30,035 nucleotides of DNA from Chlamydiales bacterium (GTDB lineage: Bacteria > Chlamydiota > Chlamydiia > Chlamydiales > JBDQID01). Below are positions 1 through 8,466 of the stretch, in pieces. Positions within the stretch are counted from its first letter, which is position 1; the number at the start of each line of letters is the position of its first letter. The notes beneath the pieces were generated by a model. The model made no database searches and had not been told where the DNA came from. It was given only the letters and a program-made list of their open reading frames with translations. Both the position numbers and the translations under genes were made by a program. Location of the stretch: assembly GCA_047611865.1 (NCBI GenBank), contig JBLFWS010000025.1:1-30035 (forward strand), in the 5' to 3' direction.

Positions 1-127
1 TCTTGGAGGTATTAAGGGAACTGCGAAGAGAAGGCGGCAAGCTGCTTGGGATGACTCGTGGACCATTAGACTCTTGTCAAGAATATTCGAGGTAAAAGTG
101 TAAAGCATTTTTAATCAAAAGACCCTG
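1..127 (+). mobile_element. Right end of a putative ISAs1-family IS; candidate right IR ending ...TAATCAAAAGACCCTG
   Basis: Transposase-like C-terminus followed 24 bp later by a CCCTG end, like the ...CCCTG termini of ISAs1 elements. The left end is outside the window. Confidence 0.5.
2..103 (+). CDS. 3' end of a probable ISAs1-family (H-repeat) transposase, truncated by the window edge
   Basis: Frame 2 reads LGGIKGTAKRRRQAAWDDSWTIRLLSRIFEVKV*, resembling the ISAs1 C-terminal motif (IK..RK.AGWD..YL..VL). Confidence 0.6.
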   Translation, partial: LGGIKGTAKRRRQAAWDDSWTIRLLSRIFEVKV

Positions 128-185
128 GATTTTGAGGGCATTTTTTTGTGATCTTGATAACACCTTAATACGACCCCAATACTAG

Positions 186-231
186 TTAGTTATAATGATC
201 CTATATATTAGTTATATATGATCCCATATAT
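186..231. repeat. Imperfect tandem duplication of about 23 bp upstream of the GNAT gene
   Basis: TTAGTTATAATGATCCTATATAT / TTAGTTATATATGATCCCATATAT; the first copy contains TATAAT (191-196). Confidence 0.55.
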
Positions 232-257
232 AAGCAAACTAGTAGATAAGGGTTAAA

Positions 258-833
258 ATGCCATGTGCAATAGGTTCTTTTCCAGAAGAAAAAGTTTCAA
301 ACCAGGGCTACCTCCAGGTTAAAGGCGAGCCAGAAGTTGAAGCCTTTCAACAGTGTAAAAAAAGGAAATTTCCAGCAGAAATTGCCGGAAGAACAGTCTC
401 TGTTATAACGAGTAACCAGGAAAAAGCTGTAAGAGAAATTGACGATTACCTTGAAGAACAGTTTGAGGGAAAAGATAAAATATACTTATCGAAAACCGTC
501 AATGAATTAATCCAGGGAATAGCCATCACTTCCACAGAAGATAGTGGAGACACTCATATTCAGTGGATAGCTACAGCTCCTTGGAACATAAGAAATTTTT
601 CCAGTATACCCAATCTTCCACAATCTCTTTCCAATCCGGAAGAAGGAGGGGTAGGCACCGAACTTATCTCAGAGATCGCCAGAGACAATCCCGGTCAACA
701 ATTACACGTTAATTCCTCAGATCAAGCCATTGTCTTCTATGAAAAGATGGGTTTTGCCAAAGTGATCGACCCAAGCGGTGAAATGCCCAATTACATGGCA
801 CTCGCTATTCCAGAATGTCCTGGCCATATCTAA
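258..833 (+). CDS. GNAT-family N-acetyltransferase
   Basis: Acetyl-CoA-binding-like GGVGTELI and C-terminal AIVFYEKMGF motifs; HIQWIATAPWN strand. Confidence 0.75.
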   Translation: MPCAIGSFPEEKVSNQGYLQVKGEPEVEAFQQCKKRKFPAEIAGRTVSVITSNQEKAVREIDDYLEEQFEGKDKIYLSKTVNELIQGIAITSTEDSGDTHIQWIATAPWNIRNFSSIPNLPQSLSNPEEGGVGTELISEIARDNPGQQLHVNSSDQAIVFYEKMGFAKVIDPSGEMPNYMALAIPECPGHI

Positions 834-1055
834 GGCCAGGTTTGCCACCTAAATCTCACAAAAGACTTAAGAAAATTAATAAAGACTAAGCAAGTACCTT
901 ATCAAGTCTGCAGAAGTCCCAATCCCCATTAACTCATGCTCATCATTTACAAGCGGAAGAAAGTGAAAAGGAGCTGAGGAGAGTACCTCTGCAGCCTCTT
1001 TATTGGTATGATCGATCCAAATTGCAGAGGGATCTTTACCCATGGTGGATCTGAT

Positions 1056-2195
1056 TTAAGCCATCATCCCTTGACGCACCGAGTAGTAAAGCAACATAAA
1101 TCCCCCTCCCGGCAAAGACACTTTTGGATCCATTAAATAGACATATAGAGGGTCAAACTTCACATTCACCTTTCTGTCCATTCCCCTTTCCAATATCCTT
1201 ACGTCCTCCAATTCCAATTTAGGCCCATTTGAAAGATCTAACTCACGAAGGCAACGCAAGGAGGAAAGAGGAGAAATAATCGCACTTTTAAGTTGAGTAC
1301 AGCCCCTCAAACTCAGAACTTCTAGTTGTTCAAGATTGCCCAAACCCTTGACTGCTTGGTTACTGATCTGTGAACAGTGGCCTAAATTCAGAATTTTCAA
1401 AGAATGATATTTTAAAATTCTCTCTACGTTGTAATCCTCAACCCATTTGCAGCCTGAAAGATCAAGATGTTCCAGATTCAGCGGAAGATTATCCAAGACC
1501 TTATCCTGTAACTCAGAATTACTCAGCGTGGAAAGAAACTTTCGATGAACATCAGTTGAAGAAAGGAAGAAAAATAGACGAACCGCCTCCTCAAAATAGG
1601 CCGCACTCTTTACATCTTGACGACAGACATACACTCTCAATTGTTTCTCCATCTCTGCCATACTGCTTTGCACTCCTTCAGCAGCCCCTTTGATACAAGA
1701 AAATCTATCCAAAAAATCATTACGCCCTTTTGCTCGCTGGAGAAACTCAGTACTTACGTAGTCAGCGAGATTCAGACCTTCACCCGATTTTTCAAGAAGC
1801 ATCTCCCCCTCCTGGCATGAATCTAGCCTCGTAAGACTGCTGGGAAATTCTAAAGCTCTTTGGGCAACCTCATCTATAAGAGATACCAAGGCCTCAGATT
1901 GCCCTGGTAAACGTTTCTGTACCTGGTTCTTTAACTTAAATAAAAGGAGGGTATCAGCCTTAACGATAAACTGAGTGTGCTATTCCAGAAACTGCGTTAA
2001 AGCCTTAGAGATAACCTTGCCATCAGAGTTGCCAGCCCGTATACAAAAAGCGCGCTTTACCTTCATCCAATTTCGAGATTGACTACACAGATTCCCCGTC
2101 TCTGAGAAGTAGTAATAAGCTTGACTGGTCTGTATCTCAGCAAATTGTTCCAACTTCTTATGAAAACTCCCCCAAGACAAGTTCTGCATTTTCAT
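1056..2195 (-). pseudogene. Leucine-rich-repeat protein gene interrupted by one in-frame TAG (1980-1982)
   Basis: ORFs 1980..2207 and 1056..1889 share a frame and the intervening codons are stop-free (HTQFIVKADTLLLFKLKNQVQKRLPGQSEA). Cys-containing LRRs: LEHLDLSGC, LKILNLGHC, LEVLSLRGC, LRELDLSNG. SD GGAGG precedes the ATG at 2195. Confidence 0.7.
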
Positions 2196-2283
2196 ATGCC
2201 CCTCCATTTAACTTTCGTGGAAAACTACCATAAATGATAATATGCACATGTACCATAATCATTATTAAATAAAAGGTAAAAAT

Positions 2284-2895
2284 ATGACTATAGATACTAC
2301 TAGCATACAAACCCTTCAGTATTTATTCCCGTCATGTCAACTTCAAGTCGTCGTTGCAAATGAGGATAGAAGTGAAGAGACCCAACTACCAGTAAGAAAT
2401 TTTCAAATTCAGGGCCCAGAAATTGGCGGTGTTCTGACACGCAATCAAAGAATTGACCTAATAGCCAACAGCAGTCTAACAATCTTAGCTATGGGTGAAT
2501 ATTACGGCTCCTCCACCCGCACAGATGCTCCTATAATCTCATTCAGCCCTGAAGAATACGACTACTCACCCCTTAGCGAAAGAACTTGGGCTAGCATTAA
2601 CGTAAGAGTACAGCTTTTCAATACCACCACAGAAGCCGTAACAGAGATTGCACAACAGACCTTTCATGCTGATGTCATGCAAGCACGTGCTCTTCAAGAA
2701 GAACAAGACCGCTTCCTCCCTGGCTTAACTCTCCGGGATCTACCTCTTCTCAGTGACTTTAGTATGAATCTTCAGAATGACGAAAGCACTGTTGCTATGG
2801 GAGCAAGAGAACTACACCGCTTCAACTACTCTCCCATGCAAGTGTCAGCTATTCACTGGCGTGACCTCTCATTAGAAAGGGTCGCTAGAGGGTAG
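2284..2895 (+). CDS. Hypothetical protein (203 aa)
   Basis: Long ORF with AAGGT SD-like site, ending near a bidirectional terminator; no recognisable motif. Confidence 0.7.
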   Translation: MTIDTTSIQTLQYLFPSCQLQVVVANEDRSEETQLPVRNFQIQGPEIGGVLTRNQRIDLIANSSLTILAMGEYYGSSTRTDAPIISFSPEEYDYSPLSERTWASINVRVQLFNTTTEAVTEIAQQTFHADVMQARALQEEQDRFLPGLTLRDLPLLSDFSMNLQNDESTVAMGARELHRFNYSPMQVSAIHWRDLSLERVARG

Positions 2896-2925
2896 TATGT
2901 ATTTATTTTTTTAATTTTTTCTGAT

Positions 2926-2965
2926 AAAAAACCCGCTTCCTTTACGTAAGGAATTCGGGTTTTTT
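2926..2965. terminator. Bidirectional intrinsic terminator
   Basis: A6-CCCG..TTCCTT-loop-AAGGAA..CGGG-T6 between convergent genes. Confidence 0.8.
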
Positions 2966-2978
2966 ATATCCAGGTGGC

Positions 2979-3257
2979 TTACTTAATATTACGTGTTACC
3001 GAAATAATTGCCTGGTTAGCTGAGGAAACGACGGATGTAGCCATTTCAGAGCTTTGTGAAAGTTTGTTCATAGCCATCTGCATGTCGAACATATCAGCGA
3101 TACTAATGGCGTCTCCTGATTCTTTCAATTTGTTAACTCGGGCTTGAACTTCCTGCGTACGCTGTGCTACGAGTCTCAGTAGGCCTTTGGCATCAAATGC
3201 CGTCGAACTACCGGTGTTACCCACGTGTTGTGTAAGTTCTTGTGTTGATGCAGGCAT
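2979..3257 (-). CDS. DUF5407 / CdsF(SctF)-like T3SS needle-subunit homologue
   Basis: 92 aa helical protein; C-terminal ISIADMFDMQMAMNKLSQSSEMATSVVSSANQAIISVTRNIK follows the chlamydial CdsF pattern (D..MF..Q..M..LSQ..E....V....N...I...R..K). SD AGGAG. Confidence 0.6.
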   Translation of the reverse strand: MPASTQELTQHVGNTGSSTAFDAKGLLRLVAQRTQEVQARVNKLKESGDAISIADMFDMQMAMNKLSQSSEMATSVVSSANQAIISVTRNIK

Positions 3258-3324
3258 ATTATTTCTCCTTGAGTTTTGGTTCTCAGCTGTCTGTAACCAT
3301 ATACAAAGCCTTTAAGAGAAATAA

Positions 3325-3353
3325 TTTATATAGATATTTGTTTTTATTTGCAA
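3325..3353 (-). promoter_or_regulatory. Sigma66/70-type promoter for the DUF5407 gene
   Basis: TTGCAA-17 bp-TATAAA on the minus strand. Confidence 0.5.
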
Positions 3354-3425
3354 GCTCTTTTGCATACAGTAAGAAAAAAACATTGAAACATATAGAACTA
3401 CCTTGAAAACTAGTGAAGAAAGCTT

Positions 3426-3454
3426 TTTACTTTAATTGCCCTTCCCTATATAAT
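3426..3454 (+). promoter_or_regulatory. Sigma66/70-type promoter for ntt
   Basis: TTTACT-17 bp-TATAAT. Confidence 0.5.
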
Positions 3455-3535
3455 CCAACGGGTTTTGAATGTATTAATCCATTCGATAATCTTTAGCTGT
3501 TAGATACTAATAATTACATCAAAACAGCTATTTTA

Positions 3536-5074
3536 ATGTTTAAAGTGATGCCTGACAACACAAAAAAAACATTTAGTAGAATCCGCGAGATTATATGGCC
3601 TATTCACAGCTACGAGCTGAAGAAGGTGATTCCGCTTCTACTTATCAAATTATTCGTCACTCTCACCTACACCATCCTTAAAGATGCTAAAGACACCCTC
3701 ATAGTCACATCTGTTGGCTCAGGAGCCGAAGCTATCCCCATTTTAAAGGGGTGGGTAGTGCTCCCTCTGGCCTTTCTTGCAATGATCGCCTACTCCAAGC
3801 TAAGTAACGCCCTAAGTCGCACATCCCTCTTCTATACGACGATTCTCGCGTTTATGGCCTTTTTCTTTTTCTACGGCTTCATACTCTACCCCTTAAAAGA
3901 CGTCCTTTGCCCCCACGAATCTGCCGACTGGTTAATTTCCGTCCTCGGAGAGGAACGCTCCCATTGGGTAGCCATATACCGCTATTGGATGAACTCCTTA
4001 TTTTTCGTCGCTGCTGAGCTCTGGGGCGGTATGGCCATCGGATTACTCTTCTGGGGCTTTGCCAACCAAGTCTGCCGCATAGACGAAGCTAAACGTTTTT
4101 ATGCTATATACTCCGCCGCCGGAGACATCGGCCTGATCTTAGCAGGTCGCATCACCTGGTATTTTGCCAGCTCCTTCTCCGGAATGGACTTCGGGTACAC
4201 CCTAAAGTACCTCATCACCAGCGTCCTCATCTGCGGAGTAGCCATTATTGCCGCCTATTGGTGGTTTAACCGCTATGTCATGCCCGACGCCCCAATAGAA
4301 GAAGCAAAAGTCAAAAAAATCAAGCCCAAGCTTTCTCTCAAAGAAAGCCTCGGATACCTGGCCTCCTCCCCTTACCTGCTCTCTATTGCCGTTATGGTAA
4401 TAGCCTACGGACTAGCCTTTAACCTCGTAGAAGTTACCTGGAAAGCCACACTGAAATTGCAATACCCCAACCCTAACGACTACCAGTCTTTTATGGGGAC
4501 CATCTCCACCATCTTAGGCTTCGTCTCCCTGCTAACCACACTCTTTATCGGTGGCTTTGTCACCCGTAAGTTCGGATGGCTCTTTAGCGCAAGAGTGACC
4601 CCCATACTTGTTGGAATAACCGCTATAGGCTTCCTCTGTATATACCTCAGCAAAGATGCCCTCTCCGGCGTCCTCGCCCTCGTAGGCATAACACCCATCA
4701 TGCTAGTCGTTATCATCGGCTCAGTACAGAACGTCGTAGGAAAGACACTGAAATACTCTTTCTTTGACCCCACCAAGGAAATGGCCTTCATACCCCTAGA
4801 CGAAGAATGTAAAGTCAAAGGAAAAGCCGCAATAGACGTAGTAGCCTCTCGCTTTGGGAAATCAGGCTCCTCATGGATACAGATTATCCTCATAGAATTC
4901 GTTGGAGGCGGTAGCGTCCTAGGCATCACACACTGGCTCGCCCCCTTCATAATAGTCACCATAGCCATGTGGCTCTACGCCGTTAACACCGTCGGAAAAG
5001 AATTCGCCATACTCACCAACGAAGAAATAAAACCCTCCGCAGAAAACCCCACCCCCAAAGAAGCCTCAGCCTAG
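3536..5074 (+). CDS. ntt: Nucleotide transport protein, TLC/NTT (ATP/ADP translocase) family; substrate not assignable from sequence alone
   Basis: Multi-pass membrane protein with IWPIHSYELKK, YTILKDAKDTL, AELWG, LLFWGFANQ, KYSFFDPTKEMAFIPLD and KGKAAIDVVASRFGKSG motifs. Confidence 0.93.
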   Translation: MFKVMPDNTKKTFSRIREIIWPIHSYELKKVIPLLLIKLFVTLTYTILKDAKDTLIVTSVGSGAEAIPILKGWVVLPLAFLAMIAYSKLSNALSRTSLFYTTILAFMAFFFFYGFILYPLKDVLCPHESADWLISVLGEERSHWVAIYRYWMNSLFFVAAELWGGMAIGLLFWGFANQVCRIDEAKRFYAIYSAAGDIGLILAGRITWYFASSFSGMDFGYTLKYLITSVLICGVAIIAAYWWFNRYVMPDAPIEEAKVKKIKPKLSLKESLGYLASSPYLLSIAVMVIAYGLAFNLVEVTWKATLKLQYPNPNDYQSFMGTISTILGFVSLLTTLFIGGFVTRKFGWLFSARVTPILVGITAIGFLCIYLSKDALSGVLALVGITPIMLVVIIGSVQNVVGKTLKYSFFDPTKEMAFIPLDEECKVKGKAAIDVVASRFGKSGSSWIQIILIEFVGGGSVLGITHWLAPFIIVTIAMWLYAVNTVGKEFAILTNEEIKPSAENPTPKEASA

Positions 5075-5113
5075 GTCCAGGCCCAGGCTTCCATTACCAC
5101 ACGTCGTATATAA

Positions 5114-5313
5114 ATGGGGTTCCACCCCAAACCCCGCCAAAGGACCAGTCCTCTGGACTCCTCATTAGCTGTCGTAGTGTTCGAAGCGTTGTTATCATTT
5201 GCATAGTCATTTTTCTGCACTCGATGAACTTCGTTCCTCTCGCAAGGCAGTCAATATCATTGCTCCAATGACACTGAACAGTTCCACCTCCGGTGGTGTG
5301 ACGATACCTGTCA
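5114..5313 (-). repeat. ~200-bp structured non-coding repeat, copy A
   Basis: Reverse complement runs TGACAGGTATCGTCA...GGGGTGGAACCCCAT and aligns end to end with 5478-5676 and 15869-16065. Confidence 0.9.
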
Positions 5314-5477
5314 GAATATGTATGAATGCTAAAAACCAAAACTAAGATACCCCCCCCCTACTCTCCTAAAGGAAGGCCTTCGGTGGAGTCATGATACCAG
5401 TCGGAATACGCATAAAGGCAAAAAAAGTTAGAACGCTACTTTTAAGCAGTACTTGATCTATGTATAGGTTCGTATTA

Positions 5478-5676
5478 TGACAGGTATCGTCACACCACCG
5501 GAGGTGGAACTATTCAGTGTCATTGGAACAATGATATTGACTGCCTTGCGAGAGGAACGAAGTTCATCGAGTGCAGAGAAAAAATAGGCTCAAAATAACG
5601 ATGCTTCGAGCACTACGACAGCTAATGGGGAGTCCAGAGGACTGGTACTTTGGTGGGGTTTGGGGCGAAGCCCCAT
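5478..5676 (+). repeat. ~200-bp structured non-coding repeat, copy B (inverted relative to A)
   Basis: TGACAGGTATCGTCACACCACCGGAGGTGG...GGGGCGAAGCCCCAT; several hairpins. Confidence 0.9.
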
Positions 5677-5772
5677 AAAGGATGTCTAAGCTAAAAACTC
5701 TTCGAGCACTACGACTGCTAATGGGGAGTCCAGAGGACTGGTCCTTGGCCGGGGTTTGGGGTGGAGCCCCAT
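5677..5772 (+). repeat. Partial tandem copy C (3' half of the element)
   Basis: CTTCGAGCACTACGAC...GGGGTGGAGCCCCAT repeated directly after copy B; its AT-rich leader resembles the variable segment of copy D. Confidence 0.85.
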
Positions 5773-5796
5773 AGACGTTAAATAAATACGCTTCTG

Positions 5797-7236
5797 CTAC
5801 TTAAAAAATAGTTTGAGTTGGGCTTTGGCTTGATTTTCGAACATCTCCATTCCGCTTATGACTTGACATCCGGCTAATTTGGCCTCTCTGAGGAGTTTTG
5901 TTTCTTTGGGGTTTGATATGATATCCATTACGAGGGTGCTGTGGTGGAGGTCTGCTGCTTCTACTGGGGTTTCTTTGATCTTTGGTGACATCCCTAGGGA
6001 GGTGCTGTTTATCAGGATGTCTACTCCCTCTCGTAGTATCTCCTTTTGCTGCTGTATGGTGGCATGGCGACAGTCGTATTTTTCTGCGAGGGCTTTTGCT
6101 TTGTTTTGATCCCTGTTTAGTATGCAGAGCTCTGCTCCTCTGCTGACAGCTTCTTCTGCTATTGCTTTTGCTGCACCACCGGCACCTATTAGGAGCATCT
6201 TCTTTCCTGCTACTGATAGTCTCTCCTCTATGGCATCCAAAGCGCCCACGCCATCGGTGTTGTAGCCATAGAGTTTTCCCTCCCGGAAACGTATCGTGTT
6301 CACAGCTCCGATGCTTAGTGCTCTGTGGTCTATAAAGTCCAGGTAGGGCATCACGGATTCTTTCAGTGGCATCGTTACGCTGAGACCTTGAAAAGGGAAT
6401 TTTCTTGCGTATTCGAAAAATTCTCCGAGCTCGCCAGCGGTAACGTGTATCTTTTCATATACTGCATTAAGATGTTGATTTTGGAAGGCTCTGTTATGAA
6501 AGATATGCCCGACACTTTTGTCTACGGGACTGCCTATTAAGGCGCACAGTTTGCTGTGAACATTTAATTTACGATATCGATAGATCTCTAAAAGGTCCTT
6601 TAAGCGACTTTGATTGGCTACACTCATCGTGTGCTCGTCTAGGCTTGCAAAGGTCCAGGCATTTCCAAAGAGGGGGGATAATGTCCGTGTGGGCAGGCCT
6701 TTCTCTCCCATACAAAGGCCGATGACTCTCTGACCCTCTTTTGCTTTGCTTTTCACTAATTGCATCATACGTAAGGTATCAAGGGAGCTTCTGGCAGAAC
6801 AGGCCATCTTGATAATGTCGGGTCCTTTAGCCTTTATTTCCTCGTAGATAGCTTCCAAGTCGGAGGGTGTCTCATCGAAATTGTGGTAGGAATAAACGAC
6901 TTTCGTACGTCGGCTTTTTTCCTTTAGGACAGCTTTTTGAACATCTTCCGCATCAGCTTCAATATCGAGGTAGTCGGGAGAAAAAGAAAGAAGCCTCTGA
7001 AAAAGCCTCACTCTCTCGACGCCTACACCCTCATACTTCCCACCATGGGAAATATGACGCATCGTTAAGACCAGGGGCACAGGGCCCCCTTCTACAAGCC
7101 TCAGCATTTCTTCAAAATTACTTTGGTCGATGAGGTCCAAACGAATTTCCGCAAGGTCTGCTGATCTCGTTGCCCTCTCCAACTGATCTCGCGCTAAGTC
7201 TATTGAGGGTCCGACTATGGGTACACAAATCATCAT
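5797..7236 (-). CDS. aroDE: Bifunctional type I 3-dehydroquinate dehydratase / shikimate dehydrogenase
   Basis: N-terminal AEIRLD, YSYHNFDETP, IIKMA; C-terminal GLSVTMPLKE, GAVNTI, GYNTDG, IGAGGAAKA. Confidence 0.95.
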   Translation of the reverse strand: MMICVPIVGPSIDLARDQLERATRSADLAEIRLDLIDQSNFEEMLRLVEGGPVPLVLTMRHISHGGKYEGVGVERVRLFQRLLSFSPDYLDIEADAEDVQKAVLKEKSRRTKVVYSYHNFDETPSDLEAIYEEIKAKGPDIIKMACSARSSLDTLRMMQLVKSKAKEGQRVIGLCMGEKGLPTRTLSPLFGNAWTFASLDEHTMSVANQSRLKDLLEIYRYRKLNVHSKLCALIGSPVDKSVGHIFHNRAFQNQHLNAVYEKIHVTAGELGEFFEYARKFPFQGLSVTMPLKESVMPYLDFIDHRALSIGAVNTIRFREGKLYGYNTDGVGALDAIEERLSVAGKKMLLIGAGGAAKAIAEEAVSRGAELCILNRDQNKAKALAEKYDCRHATIQQQKEILREGVDILINSTSLGMSPKIKETPVEAADLHHSTLVMDIISNPKETKLLREAKLAGCQVISGMEMFENQAKAQLKLFFK

Positions 7237-7374
7237 TTTCTACTTTTCTCCAGTATCACAGCTAAAAGAGTACAAAAACTCTCGCTTTTTAAAAAGGAAA
7301 TTCCTTATTAGGAACTTCTGCAAATATATCGTTCACAGGTACATGGGTAATCCACTCAATGCAAAGGCCATATC

Positions 7375-7896
7375 ATGAGTTCTGATCTCAACAATTTAAC
7401 CTGCACAATATCAATGGAAATCATGAACAACCCTGTCAAACTGGGCTGCGACCACAGCTTCGGAAAAGAAGCTCTCAAGAAATGGTTTGCTGAAGGGAAA
7501 AATACCTGCCCACTAGACCAAGGTGTGGTAGATGAGGACGCTATTACCTATGACGATGAATTACGCAGCAAGGTTGAGGAGTATGTAAAAGAACATCCCG
7601 AAATCCTGGAAGAGGGAAAACTAAAAGCAGTCGATAAAGACCTCAGTAAAATAAAAGCTTCCCTGATCCATAGCCATGACTTAATTGCCAAGCAGGTCTT
7701 TGAAGCTCTCGAAAGAGATCATCAAGCGCGCGCTATAGGACGTTTAAATGAAGTAATCGTACGAAGGATCGCAGTCCAAAACGATATTAGGGCCAGAGAA
7801 GACCATGTCATGGATCAACGATGTGGCTGTTACGCCACCTGCTTTGCTATATTTATGGTAGCCTTAGTACTCTTGAGTAAAATTGAACAAGACTAG
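7375..7896 (+). CDS. U-box domain protein with C-terminal transmembrane helix (putative E3 ligase effector)
   Basis: LTCTISMEIMNNPVKLGCDHSFGKEALKKWF...TCP U-box pattern; hydrophobic tail CFAIFMVALVLL. Confidence 0.8.
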   Translation: MSSDLNNLTCTISMEIMNNPVKLGCDHSFGKEALKKWFAEGKNTCPLDQGVVDEDAITYDDELRSKVEEYVKEHPEILEEGKLKAVDKDLSKIKASLIHSHDLIAKQVFEALERDHQARAIGRLNEVIVRRIAVQNDIRAREDHVMDQRCGCYATCFAIFMVALVLLSKIEQD

Positions 7897-7911
7897 TATT
7901 TGGAGATTTTC

Positions 7912-8382
7912 ATGACTGCGAACAACACAAGCTACACTAGCAACTCTCTCTACTGTCCTATCACCCATGACATCATGAGCAATCCCATAAGGCTTGGTTG
8001 TGGCCATAACTTTGAAAAAGAAGCAATCGCCCACTGGTTCGATCTGGGACACAAGGATTGCCCCTGTGGGAGAAGAGAAGTTAACCCCGAAGAAATCACA
8101 TATAATGAAGAGCTGGCAATAAAAATTCACAAATACGTCACCCTACACCCCGAAATCATGGAAGGCGATGAATTACAAAGTACCGATCGGGACTTAAGCG
8201 TGGTCCAATTTGCCCTTCTATCCACAGAATCCTATGCCATTGATGTCGATGAAGACGAATTTTTCGCTGCTCACGACGCCTTTGAGCTAAGACCTCCCTC
8301 TTCTCTCTATGTAATAATACTATCTATTTGCTTTATTGCTATCTTCTTCTTATTCAGCACCAGAGAACGCCTTAACCGCTAA
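7912..8382 (+). CDS. U-box domain protein with C-terminal transmembrane helix, paralogue of 7375..7896
   Basis: LYCPITHDIMSNPIRLGCGHNFEKEAIAHWF...DCP; shared HPEI.E motif; tail LYVIILSICFIAIFFLF. ATG 7912 chosen because GGAG lies at 7902-7905. Confidence 0.8.
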   Translation: MTANNTSYTSNSLYCPITHDIMSNPIRLGCGHNFEKEAIAHWFDLGHKDCPCGRREVNPEEITYNEELAIKIHKYVTLHPEIMEGDELQSTDRDLSVVQFALLSTESYAIDVDEDEFFAAHDAFELRPPSSLYVIILSICFIAIFFLFSTRERLNR

Positions 8383-8397
8383 CTTTAAAATATTTAA

Positions 8398-8426
8398 TTG
8401 ATATTCCACTCTGTGCTTGCTATCAT
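8398..8426 (+). promoter_or_regulatory. Sigma66/70-type promoter with extended -10
   Basis: TTGATA-17 bp-TATCAT, with TG at 8418-8419. Confidence 0.55.
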
Positions 8427-8466
8427 TATTATAGGGCTTTATGCCCTCCAACTATGAGAGGCAGGT

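Noticed and set aside
1980..1982. Genetic-code reassignment or pyrrolysine read-through of TAG
   Set aside because: TAG is the normal stop of several conserved genes here and no pyl genes are visible.
4480..4968. 162-aa minus-strand ORF inside ntt, and similar shadows in aroDE, pdh, yggS and floA
   Set aside because: Fully antisense to well-supported conserved genes.
5094..5339. 81-aa ORF over repeat copy A
   Set aside because: The frame is not preserved in copies B and D (length changes in the variable segment), and substitutions conserve base pairing, not codons.
5114..5676. Classical MITE or composite transposon
   Set aside because: Individual copies have no terminal inverted repeats, and I found no flanking target-site duplication around the A-B pair.
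5114..5772. Possible CRISPR array (conserved blocks with a variable ~28-nt segment)
   Set aside because: Units are 96-200 bp, partly inverted, not regularly spaced, and no cas genes are in the window.
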